A stretch of 64,000 bases of DNA from Eledone cirrhosa (Eukaryota). Each line of letters starts with the position of its first letter. The first letter of the stretch is position 1. Below the pieces are notes generated by a model that saw only the letters and a list, made by a program, of their open reading frames with translations, made no database searches and was not told the origin of the DNA. Location of the stretch: assembly GCA_964016885.1 (NCBI GenBank), contig OZ024741.1, forward strand, positions 398,412,001 to 398,476,000. Direction: 5' to 3'. This document shows positions 1 to 13,846 of the stretch, in pieces. The position numbers and the translations under genes were made by a program.

Positions 1-121
1 CCTTGAATTCGTGGAAACTGACTGCTATTTGAATTCTAGGAAAATTGTGTTACTACTGCTATCGTACTAACTGACCTTACCGAGAAACTGGCCAATCACA
101 AGCGAGTTCAGATATTGGACG

Positions 122-230
122 ATGACGTCATAACTCTTTACTGATCACTTCAGTTCGGCAAACTAGCGTGTCCTCTCAGTGAGAGAATTTTTGCCGAACT
201 GAAGTGATCAGTTAAGAGTTATGACGTCAT
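122..230. repeat. 41-bp inverted repeat with a TGACGTCA at each outer end
   Basis: 122-162 is the reverse complement of 190-230 with one mismatch. Confidence 0.9.
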
Positions 231-278
231 TCAAAGTAAGAGAAAACCTGACGGCGTGTTTTATGGAGCATAATTATC

Positions 279-2061
279 ATGGCATATCTTATAACCCCAT
301 ATCTCATGTCACCAAAACGTCCTGCGAATATTGCTGATGCAGATGGAAAGGCCAAACACATGAGGAAGAGCCTGACTTTGGAGATAAAGCTGGGCATTTT
401 GAAAAGGAAGGAACAGAGGCAAGGTACGTCCACCATAAGTCGTAACATAGGCCTAGCCCAGTCTACAGTCTGGACTGTTTTAAAAAATAGTGAGGCTGTC
501 AAAAAGGCTGGGGAGAATGCTACGAGTCTACAGAGTAAATTGTTGACCAAACATCGTGAGCCGATTATGGATAGGATGGAAAGGTTGCTCAAAATTTGGA
601 TCGACGACCAAAATCGTCAAAATATGCCTCTGTCTTTAAATGCAATCAGTGAGAAAGCATTGTCCATTATTGACAGGCTCAAGACTGAAATAGGGGTGGA
701 GGACTTTGTATTCAAGGCAAGCAAAGGCTGGTTTGATAAGTTCAAACGATGTTCGAGTCTTCACAACATAAAAGTTACAGGTGAGGTTGCCAGTTCCGAC
801 AAAGAGAGTGCTGAAAATTTCAAGGCAGAGTTAGAGAAATGCATTGCAGAGAAGGGGTACAGCAAAAAACAGGTTATCAATTATGATGAAACAGGACTTT
901 ATTGGAAAAAGATGACCAGTAATACTTATATTGACAAGGAGGAGAAAAGTGCGAAGGAGTTCAAAGCCTCAAAGGACCGCGTTAATCTGTTACTTGGAGG
1001 GAATGCGGAAGGAGATTATCTACCATTCTGAAACTCTAAGAGCACTCAAGGGGTTACTTAAGCAATACCTACCAGTGATATGGAAGTCTAATAAGAAGGC
1101 ATGGCTGATCACTTCAATTTACCAGCATTTTTTCACATCATATCTGTCACCAACCCTTAAGGAATATGCATTAGCTAACAACATTGCCAACTGTTTTCTG
1201 CTATTAGTGGACAACGCCCCCAGCCACCCATGGGCAATAGAAGACTGGTCAGAAAATATTGAAGTTTTGTTTCTCCCCCCAAACACCACAGCTCTCATTC
1301 AGCCGATGGATCAAGCAGTCATCAAAACATTTAAGGCATACTACCAGTGGAGAACCATGCAGCAGTTGATAAAGGGCACAGATGGGCCTGACAAGCCCAC
1401 GATCAGGGAATAGTGGAAATTGTACAACATCAAGCATGGCTTAGACAACATCAAGGCATCTTGGGAAGAAGTGAAGCAGCCTACCATGAACTTGGCCTGG
1501 AAGATATGGCCAGCATGTGTGAATGACTTCCAAGGCTTTGCTGAGGACATTGGTGCGATAAAAAAAGATATTGTAAATCTCTGCCATAGAGCTGGCTTCG
1601 ATGGTGTTAATGATGATGATGTGCAAGACCTTTTGGAAAGCCATGCTGAACCACTCTCCATTGATGAGCTCATAGAACTAGACAAGGCGATACAGGAGAC
1701 AGAAAAAGAAGAGGAGGAGGAAGAAGAACCTGTGCGTGGCTTGGACATAAAAACTCTAAGAGAATGTCTCGGGAGTATCGCAACAATCTCAGAAACCCTG
1801 AAGGAGCGTGACCCCAACCCTTCTAGGAGCAACAAAGTGGCTCAAGACGTCGAGAAAAGCGTCAAGATTTACCAAGAAATGTATGAAGCCAAAAGAAACA
1901 CCGCCAAACAGTCCTCCATCTACTCTTTCTTCACGCCAGTCACACCTGCCAACCGTGCTACAGCTGGCCCTTCAACATCCCCTGCAGTCAACGAGTTTGT
2001 TGGTTTTGAGCCTTCCACATCACCCTCATCCTCCCCTGCCAACTCAGCCCTAGATGAGTAA
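279..2061 (+). pseudogene. Tigger/pogo transposase, disrupted
   Basis: N-terminal HTHs (RKSLTLEIKL..., FKASKGWFDKFK) and catalytic motifs NYDETG, LLVDNAPSHP and LPPNTTALIQPMDQ. Frameshift near 1015-1020, in-frame TAG at 1411-1413, acidic C-terminal region to 2061. Confidence 0.92.
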
Positions 2062-2394
2062 GGGCTGAAACCCATACTGTCCCTTAGCCTCGGGAGGGAC
2101 AAATGAAGAGGCACATCATCTGATGGACTACGCGGCATGTGTAAGGTACAGTAAATAAAAAAAAAACATTTCTTTCCTGTAGGGATGACTTTTTCAATGT
2201 GCTGGAATGCATCCCTATCTATTTCTTGTTATAATGAGTTCTTTATACAGTAATTCGATATACGGTAAGGGTTTCAGGAACGCATATATACCGTATTTCG
2301 AGGACTCGCTGTATCTAGTGTCTTTTATAATATATATACTAGTGTCTTTTATAATATATATATACTAGTGACATTAATATTATATTTATATTAT

Positions 2395-2730
2395 GGAGGC
2401 ACATGGCTTAGTGGTTAGAGCATTGGCCTTGCAATCGAAAGGTTGTGAGTTAAATTCTCAGACCGGGTGATGTGTTGTTTCCTTGAGCAAGACACTTTAT
2501 TTCACATTGCTCCAGTTTACTCAGTTGTAGAAATGAGATGATAGGGACTGGGGTGCATATCATTCCACTGCAAAGTGGTCGTGGAGGTGCCACAGCAAAA
2601 AAGCACCCAGCACTCACTGTAAATGAGGTTGGTGTTAGGAAGGGCATCCAGCTGTAGAAATCAAGCCAGAATCAGTTCCCGTCCCACCCTTGCAAGTAGG
2701 GAAAAGCGGACGTAAAATGATGATGATGAT
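2395..2730 (+). mobile_element. tRNA-derived SINE (family A) with RTE-derived tail
   Basis: Pol III A box (TGGCTTAGTGG), B-box-like GAGTTAAATTC and a (GAT)n tail. Near-identical copies at 45982-46332 (+) and 29679-29960 (-). Confidence 0.88.
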
Positions 2731-5565
2731 TATATATACTAGTGTCTTTTATAATATATATATATATATATATATACTAGTGTCTTTTATATTATATATA
2801 TACTAGTGTCTTTTATATATATATACTAGTGTCTTTTATAATATATATACTCGTGTTTTTATACATATATATACTAGTGTCTTTTATATTATATATATAT
2901 ACTAGTGTCTTTTATAATATATATACTAGTGTCTTTTATAATATATATACTAGTGTCTTTTATAATATATATATACTAGTGTCTTTTATAATATATATAC
3001 TAGTGTCTTTTATAATATATATATATATATACTAGTGTCTTTTATACATATATATATACTAGTGTCTTTTATAATATATATATACTAGTGTCTTTTATAT
3101 TATATATATACTAGTGTCTTTATATATATATTAGTGTCTTTTATAATATATATACTCGTGTTTTTATACATACATATATACTAGTGTCTTTTCTAATATA
3201 GATATACTAGTGTCTTTTATATTATATATATACTAGTGTCTTTTATAATATATATATATATACTAGTGTCTTTTATAATATATATACCAGTGTCTTTTAT
3301 AATATATATATACTAGTGTCTTTTATAATATATATACTAGTGTCTTTTATAATATATATACTAGTGTCTTTTATAATATATATATACTAGTGTCTTTTAT
3401 ATTATATATATACTAGTGTCTTTTATAATATATATATACTAGTGTCTTTTATATATATATACTAGTGTCTTTTATAATATATATACTCGTGTTTTTATAC
3501 ATATATATATACTAGTGTCTTTTCTAATATATATATACTAGTGTCTTTCATATTATATATATACTAGTGTCATTTATATTATATATATACTAGTGTCATT
3601 TATATTATATATATACTAGTGTCATTTATATTATATATATACTAGTGTCTTTTATAATATATATACTAGTGTCTTTTATAATATATATATACTAGTGTCT
3701 TTTATATTATATATATGCTAGTGTCATTTATATTATATATATACTAGTGTCTTTTATAATATATATATACTAGTGTCTTTTATAATATATATATACTAGT
3801 GTCTTTTATAATATATATACTAGTGTCTTTTATGATATATGTATATATATACTAGTGTCTTTTATATATATATACTAGTGTCTTTTATAATATATATATT
3901 AGTGTCTTTTATAATATATATACTCGTGTTTTTATACATATATATACTAGTGTCTTTTATAATATATATACTAGTGTCTTTTATAATATATATACTAGTG
4001 TCTTTTATAATATATATACTAGTGTCTTTTATAATATATATATACTAGTGTCTTTTATAATATATATACTAGTGTCTTTTATAATATATATATAGTGTCT
4101 TTTATAATATATATATACTAGTGTCTTTTATAATATATATATAGTGTCTTTTATAATATATATATACCAGTGTCTTTTATAATATATATACTAGTGTCTT
4201 TTATATTATATATATACTAGTGTCTTTTATAATATATATATACTAGTGTCTTTAATAATATATATATACTAGTGTCTTTTATGATATATATATATATATA
4301 TATACTAGTGTCTTTTATAATATATATATACTAGTGTCTTTAATAATATATATATACTAGTGTCTTTTATGATATATATATATATATATATACTAGTGTC
4401 TTTTATAATATATATATACCAGTGTCTTTTATATTATATATATACTAGTGTCTTTTATATATATATACTAGTGTCTTTTATAATATATATACTCGTGTTT
4501 TTATACATATATATACTAGTGTCTTTTATATTATATATATATACTAGTGTCTTTTATAATATATATATACTAGTGTCTTTTATATTATATATATACTAGT
4601 GTCTTTTATAATATATATATATACTAGTGTCATTTATAATATATATACTAGTGTCTTTTATGATATATATATATATACTAGTGTCTTTTATAATATATAT
4701 ATATATACTAGTGTCTTATAATATATATACCAGTGTCTTTTATAATATATATACCAGTGTCTTTTATAATATATATGTACTAGTGTCTTTTATAATATAT
4801 ATACTTGTGTCTTTTATGATATATATACTAGTGTCTTTTATAATATATATATACTAGTTTCTTTTATATTATATATATACTAGTGCCTTTTATAATATAT
4901 ATATACTAGTGTCTTTTATATATATATACTAGTCTTTCATATATATATACTAGTGTCTTTTATAATATATATACTCGTGTTTTTATACATATATATATAC
5001 TAGTGTCTTTTCTAATATATATATACTAGTGTCTTTTATATTATATATATACTAGTGTCATTTATATTATATATATACTAGTGTCATTTATATTATATAT
5101 ATACTAGTGTCTTTTATAATATATATATACTAGTGTCTTTTATAATATATATTCTAGTGTCTTTTATAATATATATATTCTAGTGTCTTTTATAATATAT
5201 ATATACTAGTGTCTTTTATATTATATATATACTAGTGTCATTTATATTATATATATACTAGTGTCTTTTATAATATATATATACTAGTGTCTTATAATAT
5301 ATATATACTAGTGTCTTTTATAATATATATACTAGTGTCTTTTATAATATATATACTAGTGTCTTTTATAATATATATATACTAGTGTCTTTTATAATAT
5401 ATATACTAGTGTCTTTTATAATATATATATATATATATATGTGAATATAGACATAGAATATTCGAAAATATTCTGTATGTTTATAATAAACATTTTGAAG
5501 ACCTAATCGCTATAGAATAGAATACGTCACGTATTACAATTAGATTCTCGATAAAAGCAAGGGAA

Positions 5566-5608
5566 GTAATCTACGCGTTTCATTCTTGTTAGAAATCATC
5601 AGGACTAC
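5566..5608 (-). ncRNA. Minimal type I hammerhead ribozyme, unit 1
   Basis: Minus strand: GUAGUC-CUGAUGA-UUUCU AACA AGAAU-GAAA-CGCG-UA^GAUUAC. Stem I is extended by a perfect 16-bp duplex (5544-5559 with 5617-5632). Confidence 0.8.
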
Positions 5609-5875
5609 ATATCCAGTGCTTTTATCGAGAATGACACAGCTAGAGACTTATAGAATACTTAGCTGTGTACAGGAACTGGTTTGAAAGAGCGGTTGCCGGT
5701 CCGGCAGAAATTAGAAATTGGAATAAATGCTCTGAAATAGCGATATATATGTGAATATAGACATAGAATATTCGAAAATATTCTGTATGTTTATAATAAA
5801 CATTTTGAAGACCTAATCGCTATAGAATAGAATACGTCACGTATTACAATTAGATTCTCGATAAAAGCAAGGGAA

Positions 5876-5918
5876 GTAATCTACGCGTTTCATTCTTGTT
5901 AGAAATCATCAGGACTAC
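5876..5918 (-). ncRNA. Hammerhead ribozyme, unit 2
   Basis: Identical to unit 1. Confidence 0.8.
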
Positions 5919-6185
5919 ATATCCAGTGCTTTTATCGAGAATGACACAGCTAGAGACTTATAGAATACTTAGCTGTGTACAGGAACTGGTTTGAAAGAGC
6001 GGTTGCCGGTCCGGCAGAAATTAGAAATTGGAATAAATGCTCTGAAATAGCGATATATATGTGAATATAGACATAGAATATTCGAAAATATTCTGTATGT
6101 TTATAATAAACATTTTGAAGACCTAATCGCTATAGAATAGAATACGTCACGTATTACAATTAGATTCTCGATAAAAGCAAGGGAA

Positions 6186-6228
6186 GTAATCTACGCGTTT
6201 CATTCTTGTTAGAAATCATCAGGACTAC
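6186..6228 (-). ncRNA. Hammerhead ribozyme, unit 3
   Basis: Identical to unit 1. Confidence 0.8.
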
Positions 6229-6495
6229 ATATCCAGTGCTTTTATCGAGAATGACACAGCTAGAGACTTATAGAATACTTAGCTGTGTACAGGAACTGGT
6301 TTGAAAGAGCGGTTGCCGGTCCGGCAGAAATTAGAAATTGGAATAAATGCTCTGAAATAGCGATATATATGTGAATATAGACATAGAATATTCGAAAATA
6401 TTCTGTATGTTTATAATAAACATTTTGAAGACCTAATCGCTATAGAATAGAATACGTCACGTATTACAATTAGATTCTCGATAAAAGCAAGGGAA

Positions 6496-6538
6496 GTAAT
6501 CTACGCGTTTCATTCTTGTTAGAAATCATCAGGACTAC
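6496..6538 (-). ncRNA. Hammerhead ribozyme, unit 4
   Basis: Identical to unit 1. Confidence 0.8.
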
Positions 6539-6840
6539 ATATCCAGTGCTTTTATCGAGAATGACACAGCTAGAGACTTATAGAATACTTAGCTGTGTAC
6601 AGGAACTGGTTTGAAAGAGCGGTTGCCGGTCCGGCAGAAATTAGGAATTGGAATAAATGCTCTACGCGTTTCATTCTTGTTAGAATGTCTATATTCACAT
6701 ATATATCGCTATTTCAGAGCATTTATTCCAATTCCTAATTTCTGCCGGACCGGCAACCGCTCTTTCAAACCAGTTCCTGTACACAGCTAAGTATTCTATA
6801 AGTCTCTAGCTGTGTCATTCTCGATAAAAGCACTGGATAT

Positions 6841-6883
6841 GTAGTCCTGATGATTTCTAACAAGAATGAAACGCGTAGATTAC
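6841..6883 (+). ncRNA. Hammerhead ribozyme in the inverted copy
   Basis: gtagtc ctgatga tttctaacaagaat gaaa cgcg ta gattac reads directly on the + strand. Confidence 0.8.
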
Positions 6884-7036
6884 TTCCCTTGCTTTTATCG
6901 AGAATCTAATTGTAATACGTGACGTATTCTATTCTATAGCGATTAGGTCTTCAAAATGTTTATTATAAACATACAGAATATTTTCGAATATTCTATGTCT
7001 ATATTCACATATATATCGCTATTTCAGAGCATTTAT

Positions 7037-7069
<33 letters not shown>

Positions 7070-7962
7070 CTAGTATCTTTTATACATATATATATACTAG
7101 TGTCTTTTATAATATATATATACTAGTGTCTTTTATATTATATATATACTAGTGTCTTTTATATATATATATATTAGTGTCTTTTATAATATATATGCTC
7201 GTGTTTTTATACATATATATACTAGTGTCTTTTATAATATATATATACTAGTGTCTTTTATAATATATATATACGAGTGTCTTTTATAATATATATATAC
7301 TAGTGTCTTTTATAATATATATATAGTGTCTTTTATAATATATATATACTAGTGTCTTTTATAATATATATATAGTGTCTTTTATAAAATATATATACCA
7401 GTCTCTTTTATAATATATATACAAGTGTCTTTTATAATATATATATACTAGTGTCTTTTATAATATATATATACTAGTGTCTTTTATAATATATATATAC
7501 TAGTGTCTTTTATAATATATACTCGTGTTTTTATACATATATATACTAGTGTCTTTAATAATATATATATACTAGTGTCTTTTATAATATATATATACTA
7601 GTGTCTTTATGATATATATATATATACTAGTGTCTTTTATAATATATATATACTAGTGTCTTTTATATATATATATACTAGTGTCCTTTATAATATATAT
7701 ACTCGTGTTTATATACATATATATACTAGTGTCTTTTATATTATATATATATACTAGTGTCTTTTATAATATATATATACTAGTGTCTTTTATATTATAT
7801 ATATACTAGTGTCTTTTATAATATATATATATACTAGTGTCATTTATAATATATATACTAGTGTCTTTTATAATATATATACTAGTGTCTTTTATAATAT
7901 ATATATACTAGTGTCTTTTATATTATATATATACTAGTGTCTTTTATAATATATATATACTA

Positions 7963-8322
7963 CACACGACCGTGACTTCTGGCGTCACGCAGTAATACAG
8001 GGTACCCGACCTCCCATGGGTACATGCTGAAGCATATAAACAATATGCCCCCCCCCCCCACCGCAAGGTGGTCGTGGAGGTGCCACGGCAAAAAAGCACC
8101 CAGCCCACACTGTAAAGTGGACGTGTAGGCGCCACGAAAAAGCACCCAGCACTCACTGTAAATGAGGTTGGTGTTAGGAAGGGCATCCAGCTGTAGAAAT
8201 CAAGCCAGATCAGTTCCTGTATGAGCAAGGCATGGTCAGCCGACCAGACACTGCCCACAACAGGACAACCCGTCTAACCCATGCTAGCGTGGAAGAACGG
8301 ACGTAAAACGGTGATGATGATG
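7963..8322 (+). mobile_element. 5'-truncated RTE LINE 3' end
   Basis: Translates to HDRDFWRHAVIQGTRPP...*, similar to the C-termini DRDLWRYSVIEKTR and DRDKWRDAVLNKTR of the RTE ORFs elsewhere in the window. Followed by the 3' UTR and (GAT)n. Confidence 0.8.
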
Positions 8323-11300
8323 AGTGTCTTTTATAATACATTTATACTAGTGTCTTTTATAATATATATATACTGGTGTCTTTTATAATATATATATACT
8401 AGTGTCTTTTATAATATATATATATACTAGTGCCTTTTATAATATATATATATACTGTCTTTTATGATATATATATATATACTAATGTCTTTTATAATAT
8501 ATATATATACTAGTGTCTTTTATAATATATATATATACTAGTGTCTTTTATAATATATATACTCGTGTCTTTTATAATATATATATATATTGGTGTCTTT
8601 TATAATATATATACTAGTGTCTTTTATAATATATATATACTAGTGTCTTTTATAATATATATATAGTAGTGTCTTTTATAATATATATATACTAGTGTCT
8701 TTTATAATATATATATACTAGTGTCTTTTATAATATATATACTAGTGTCTTTTATATATATATACCAGTCTCTTTTATAATATATATACTAGTGTCTTTT
8801 ATAATATATATATACTAGTGTCTTTTACAATATATATATACTAGTGTCTTTTATAATATATATATAGTGTCTTTTATAATATATATATACTAGTGTCTTT
8901 TATAATATATATACCAGTGTCTTTTATAATATATATACTAGTGTCTTTTATAATATATATATATATATATACTAGTGTCTTTTATACATATATATATATA
9001 CTAGTGTCTTTTATAATATATATATACTAGTGTCTTTTATATTATATATATACTAGTGTCTTTTATATATATATATATTAGTGTCTTTTATAATATATAT
9101 ACTCGTGTTTTTATACATATATATGCTAGTGTCTTTTATATTATATATATATACTAGTGTCTTTTATAATATATATATACTAGTGTCTTTTATATTATAT
9201 ATATACTAGTGTCTTTTATAATATATATATATACTAGTGTCTTTTATAATATATATACCAGTGTCTTTTATAATATATATATACTAGTGTCTTTTATAAT
9301 ATATATACTAGTGTCTTTTATAATATATATACTAGTGTCTTTTATAATATATATATACTAGTCTTTTATATTATATATATACTAGTGTCTTTTATAATAT
9401 ATATATTCTAGTGTCTTTTATATATACATACTAGTGTCTTTTATATATACATACTAGTGTCTTTTATATATATATTCTAGTGTCTTTTATATTATATATA
9501 TACTAGTGTCATTTATATTATATATATACTAGTGTCATTTATATTATATATATACTAGTGTCTTTTATAATATATATACTAGTGTCGTTTATGATATATA
9601 TATATACTAGTGTCTTTTATATATATATACTAGTGTCTTTTATAATATATATACTAGTGTCTTTTATAATATATATACTAGTGTATTTTATAATATATAT
9701 ACTAGTGTCTTTTATAATATATATATACCAGTGTCTTTTATAATATATATTCTAGTGTCTTTTATATTATATATATACTAGTGTCTTTAATAATATATAT
9801 ATACTAGTGTCTTTTATGATATATATATATATATATATACTAGTGTCTTTTATAATATATATATACCAGTGTCTTTTATATTATATATATACTAGGGTCT
9901 TTTATATATATATACTAGTGTCTTTTATAATATATATACTCGTGTTTTTATACATATATATACTAGTGTCTTTTATAATATATATATACGAGTGTCTTTT
10001 ATAATATATATATACTAGTGTCTTTTATAATATATATATAGTGTCTTTTATAATATATATATACTAGTGTCTTTTATAATATATATATATAGTGTCTTTT
10101 ATAAAATATATATACCAGTGTCTTTTATAATATATATACAAGTGTCTTTTATAATATATATATACTAGTGTCTTTTATAATATATATATACTAGTGTCTT
10201 TTATAATATATATATACTAGTGTCTTTTATAATATATATATACTAGTGTCTTTTATAATATATACTCGTGTTTTTATACATATATATACTAGTGTCTTTA
10301 ATAATATATATATACTAGTGTCTTTTATAATATATATATACTAGTGTCTTTTATAATATATATATACTAGTGTCTTTATGATATATATATATATACTAGT
10401 GTCTTTTATAATATATATATACTAGTGTCTTTTATAATATATATACTCGTGTTTATATACATATATATACTAGTGTCTTTTATATTATATATATATACTA
10501 GTGTCTTTTATAATATATATATACTAGTGTCTTTTATATTATATATATACTAGTGTCTTTTATAATATATATATATACTAGTGTCATTTATAATATATAT
10601 ACTAGTGTCTTTTATAATATATATACTAGTGTCTTTTATAATATATATATACTAGTGTCTTTTATATTATATATATACTAGTGTCTTTTATAATATATAT
10701 ATACTAGTGTCTTTTATAATACATTTATACTAGTGTCTTTTATAATATATATATACTGGTGTCTTTTATAATATATATATACTAGTGTCTTTTATAATAT
10801 ATATATATATACTAGTGCCTTTTATAATATATATATATACTGTCTTTTATGATATATATATATATACTAATGTCTTTTATAATATATATATATACTAGTG
10901 TCTTTTATAATATATATATATACTAGTGTCTTTTATAATATATATACTCGTGTCTTTTATAATATATATATATATTGGTGTCTTTTATAATATATATACT
11001 AGTGTCTTTTATAATATATATATACTAGTGTCTTTTATAATATATATATAGTAGTGTCTTTTATAATATATATATACTAGTGTCTTTTATAATATATATA
11101 TACTAGTGTCTTTTATAATATATATACTAGTGTCTTTTATATATATATACCAGTCTCTTTTATAATATATATATACTAGTGTCTTTTATAATATATATAT
11201 ACTAGTGTCTTTTATATAATATATATACTAGTGTCATTTATAATATATATACTAGTGTCTATTATAATATATATATTAGTGTCTTTTATAATATATATTC

Positions 11301-13846
11301 TAATGTCTTTTATAATATATATATATACTAGTGTCTTTTATAATATATATACTAGTGTCTTTTATAATATATATATAGTGTCTTTTATAATATATATATA
11401 CTAGTGTCTTTTATAATATATATACTAGTGTCTTTTATAATATATATATACTAGTGTCTTTTACAATATATATATACTAGTGTCTTTTATAATATATATA
11501 TAGTGTCTTTTATAATATATATATACTAGTGTCTTTTATAATATATATACCAGTGTCTTTTATAATATATATACTAGTGTCTTTTATAATATATATATAT
11601 ATATATATATATACTAGTGTCTTTTATACATATATATATATACTAGTGTCTTTTATAATATATATATACTAGTGTCTTTTATATTATATATATACTAGTG
11701 TCTTTTATATATATATATATTAGTGTCTTTTATAATATATATACTCGTGTTTTTATACATATATATGCTAGTGTCTTTTATATTATATATATATACTAGT
11801 GTCTTTTATAATATATATATACTAGTGTCTTTTATATTATATATATACTAGTGTCTTTTATAATATATATATATACTAGTGTCTTTTATAATATATATAC
11901 CAGTGTCTTTTATAATATATATATACTAGTGTCTTTTATAATATATATACTAGTGTCTTTTATAATATATATACTAGTGTCTTTTATAATATATATATAC
12001 TAGTCTTTTATATTATATATATACTAGTGTCTTTTATAATATATATATTCTAGTGTCTTTTATATATACATACTAGTGTCTTTTATATATACATACTAGT
12101 GTCTTTTATATATATCTACTAGTGTCTTTTATATTATATATATACTAGTGTCATTTATATTATATATATACTAGTGTCATTTATATTATATATATACTAG
12201 TGTCTTTTATAATATATATACTAGTGTCGTTTATGATATATATATATACTAGTGTCTTTTATATATATATACTAGTGTCTTTTATAATATATATACTAGT
12301 GTCTTTTATAATATATATACTAGTGTATTTTATAATATATATACTAGTGTCTTTTATAATATATATATACCAGTGTCTTTTATAATATATATTCTAGTGT
12401 CTTTTATATTATATATATACTAGTGTCTTTAATAATATATATATACTAGTGTCTTTTATGATATATATATATATATATATACTAGTGTCTTTTATAATAT
12501 ATATATACCAGTGTCTTTTATATTATATATATACTAGGGTCTTTTATATATATATACTAGTGTCTTTTATAATATATATACTCGTGTTTTTATACATATA
12601 TATACTAGTGTCTTTTATATTATATATATATACTAGTGTCTTTTATAATATATATATACTTGTCTTTTATATTATATATATACTAGTGTCTTTTATAATA
12701 TATATATATACTAGTGTCATTTATAATATATATACTAGTGTCTTTTATAATATATATACTAGTGTCTTTTATATTATATATATACTAGTGTCTTTTATAA
12801 TATATATATACTAGTGTCTTTTATAATATATATATATATATACTAGTGTCTTTTATGATATATATATATATACTAGTGTCTTTTATAATATATATATATA
12901 CTAGTGTCTTTTATAATATATATACCAGTGTCTTTTATAATATATATACCAGTGTCTTTTATAATATATATATACTAGTGTCTTTTATAATATATATACT
13001 AGTGTCTTTTATAATATATATATACTAGTGTCTTTTATAATATATATACTAGTGTCTTTTATGATATATATATATACTAGTGTCTTTTATAATATATATA
13101 TATACTAGTGTCTTTTATGATATATATATATATATACTAGTGTCCTTTATAATATATATATATACTAGTGTCTTTTATAATATATATATTAGTGTCTTTT
13201 ATAATATATATACTCGTGTTTTTATACATATATATACTAGTGTCTTTTATAATATATATACTAGTGTCTTTTATGATATATATATATATATATACTAGTG
13301 TCTTTTATATATATATACTAGTGTCTTTTATAATATATATATTAGTGTCTTTTATAATATATATACTCGTGTTGTTATACATATATATACTAGTGTCTTT
13401 TATAATATATATACTAGTCCCTTTTATAATATATATATAGTGTCTTTTATAATATATATATACCAGTGTCTTTTATAATATATATACTAGTGTTTTTTAT
13501 ATTATATATATACTAGTGTCTTTTATAATATATATATACTAGTGTCTTTAATAATATATATATACTAGTGTCTTTTATGATATATATATATATATACTAG
13601 TGTCTTTTATAATATATATATACCAGTGTCTTTTATATTATATATATACTAGTGTCTTTTATATATATATACTAGTGTCTTTTATAATATATATATACTC
13701 CTGTTTTTATACATATATATACTAGTGTCTTTTATATTATATATATATACTAGTGTCTTTTATAATATATATATACTAGTGTCTTTTATATTATATATAT
13801 ACTAGTGTCTTTTATAATATATATATATACTAGTGTCATTTATAAT

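Larger units (their letters stand above)
1..2311 (+). mobile_element. Tigger/pogo-family DNA transposon (left end outside the window)
   Basis: Contains a CENP-B-like/DDE_1 transposase. The right end reads ...ccgtatttcgaggactcgctg followed by TA (2312-2313), i.e. a CAG-initiated TIR on the minus strand and a TA target site. Confidence 0.85.
5441..7042 (-). mobile_element. 310-bp tandem array (4 units) plus inverted copy; hammerhead-containing retrozyme/PLE-derived element
   Basis: Units start at 5441, 5751, 6061 and 6371. The inverted copy spans ~6685-7042. Flanked by (TA)n on both sides, no ORF, one HHR motif per unit. Confidence 0.8.

Noticed and set aside
227-2138. Minus-strand ORFs over the transposase (and antisense ORFs over the RTE and PLE ORFs)
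   Set aside because: Antisense shadows of transposon coding sequence.
2395-2470. tRNA gene
   Set aside because: The A/B boxes belong to a multi-copy SINE head that continues into a LINE tail; no complete cloverleaf.
5441-7042. CRISPR-like or coding interpretation of the 310-bp array
   Set aside because: No unique spacers, no cas genes and no ORF; the context is eukaryotic.
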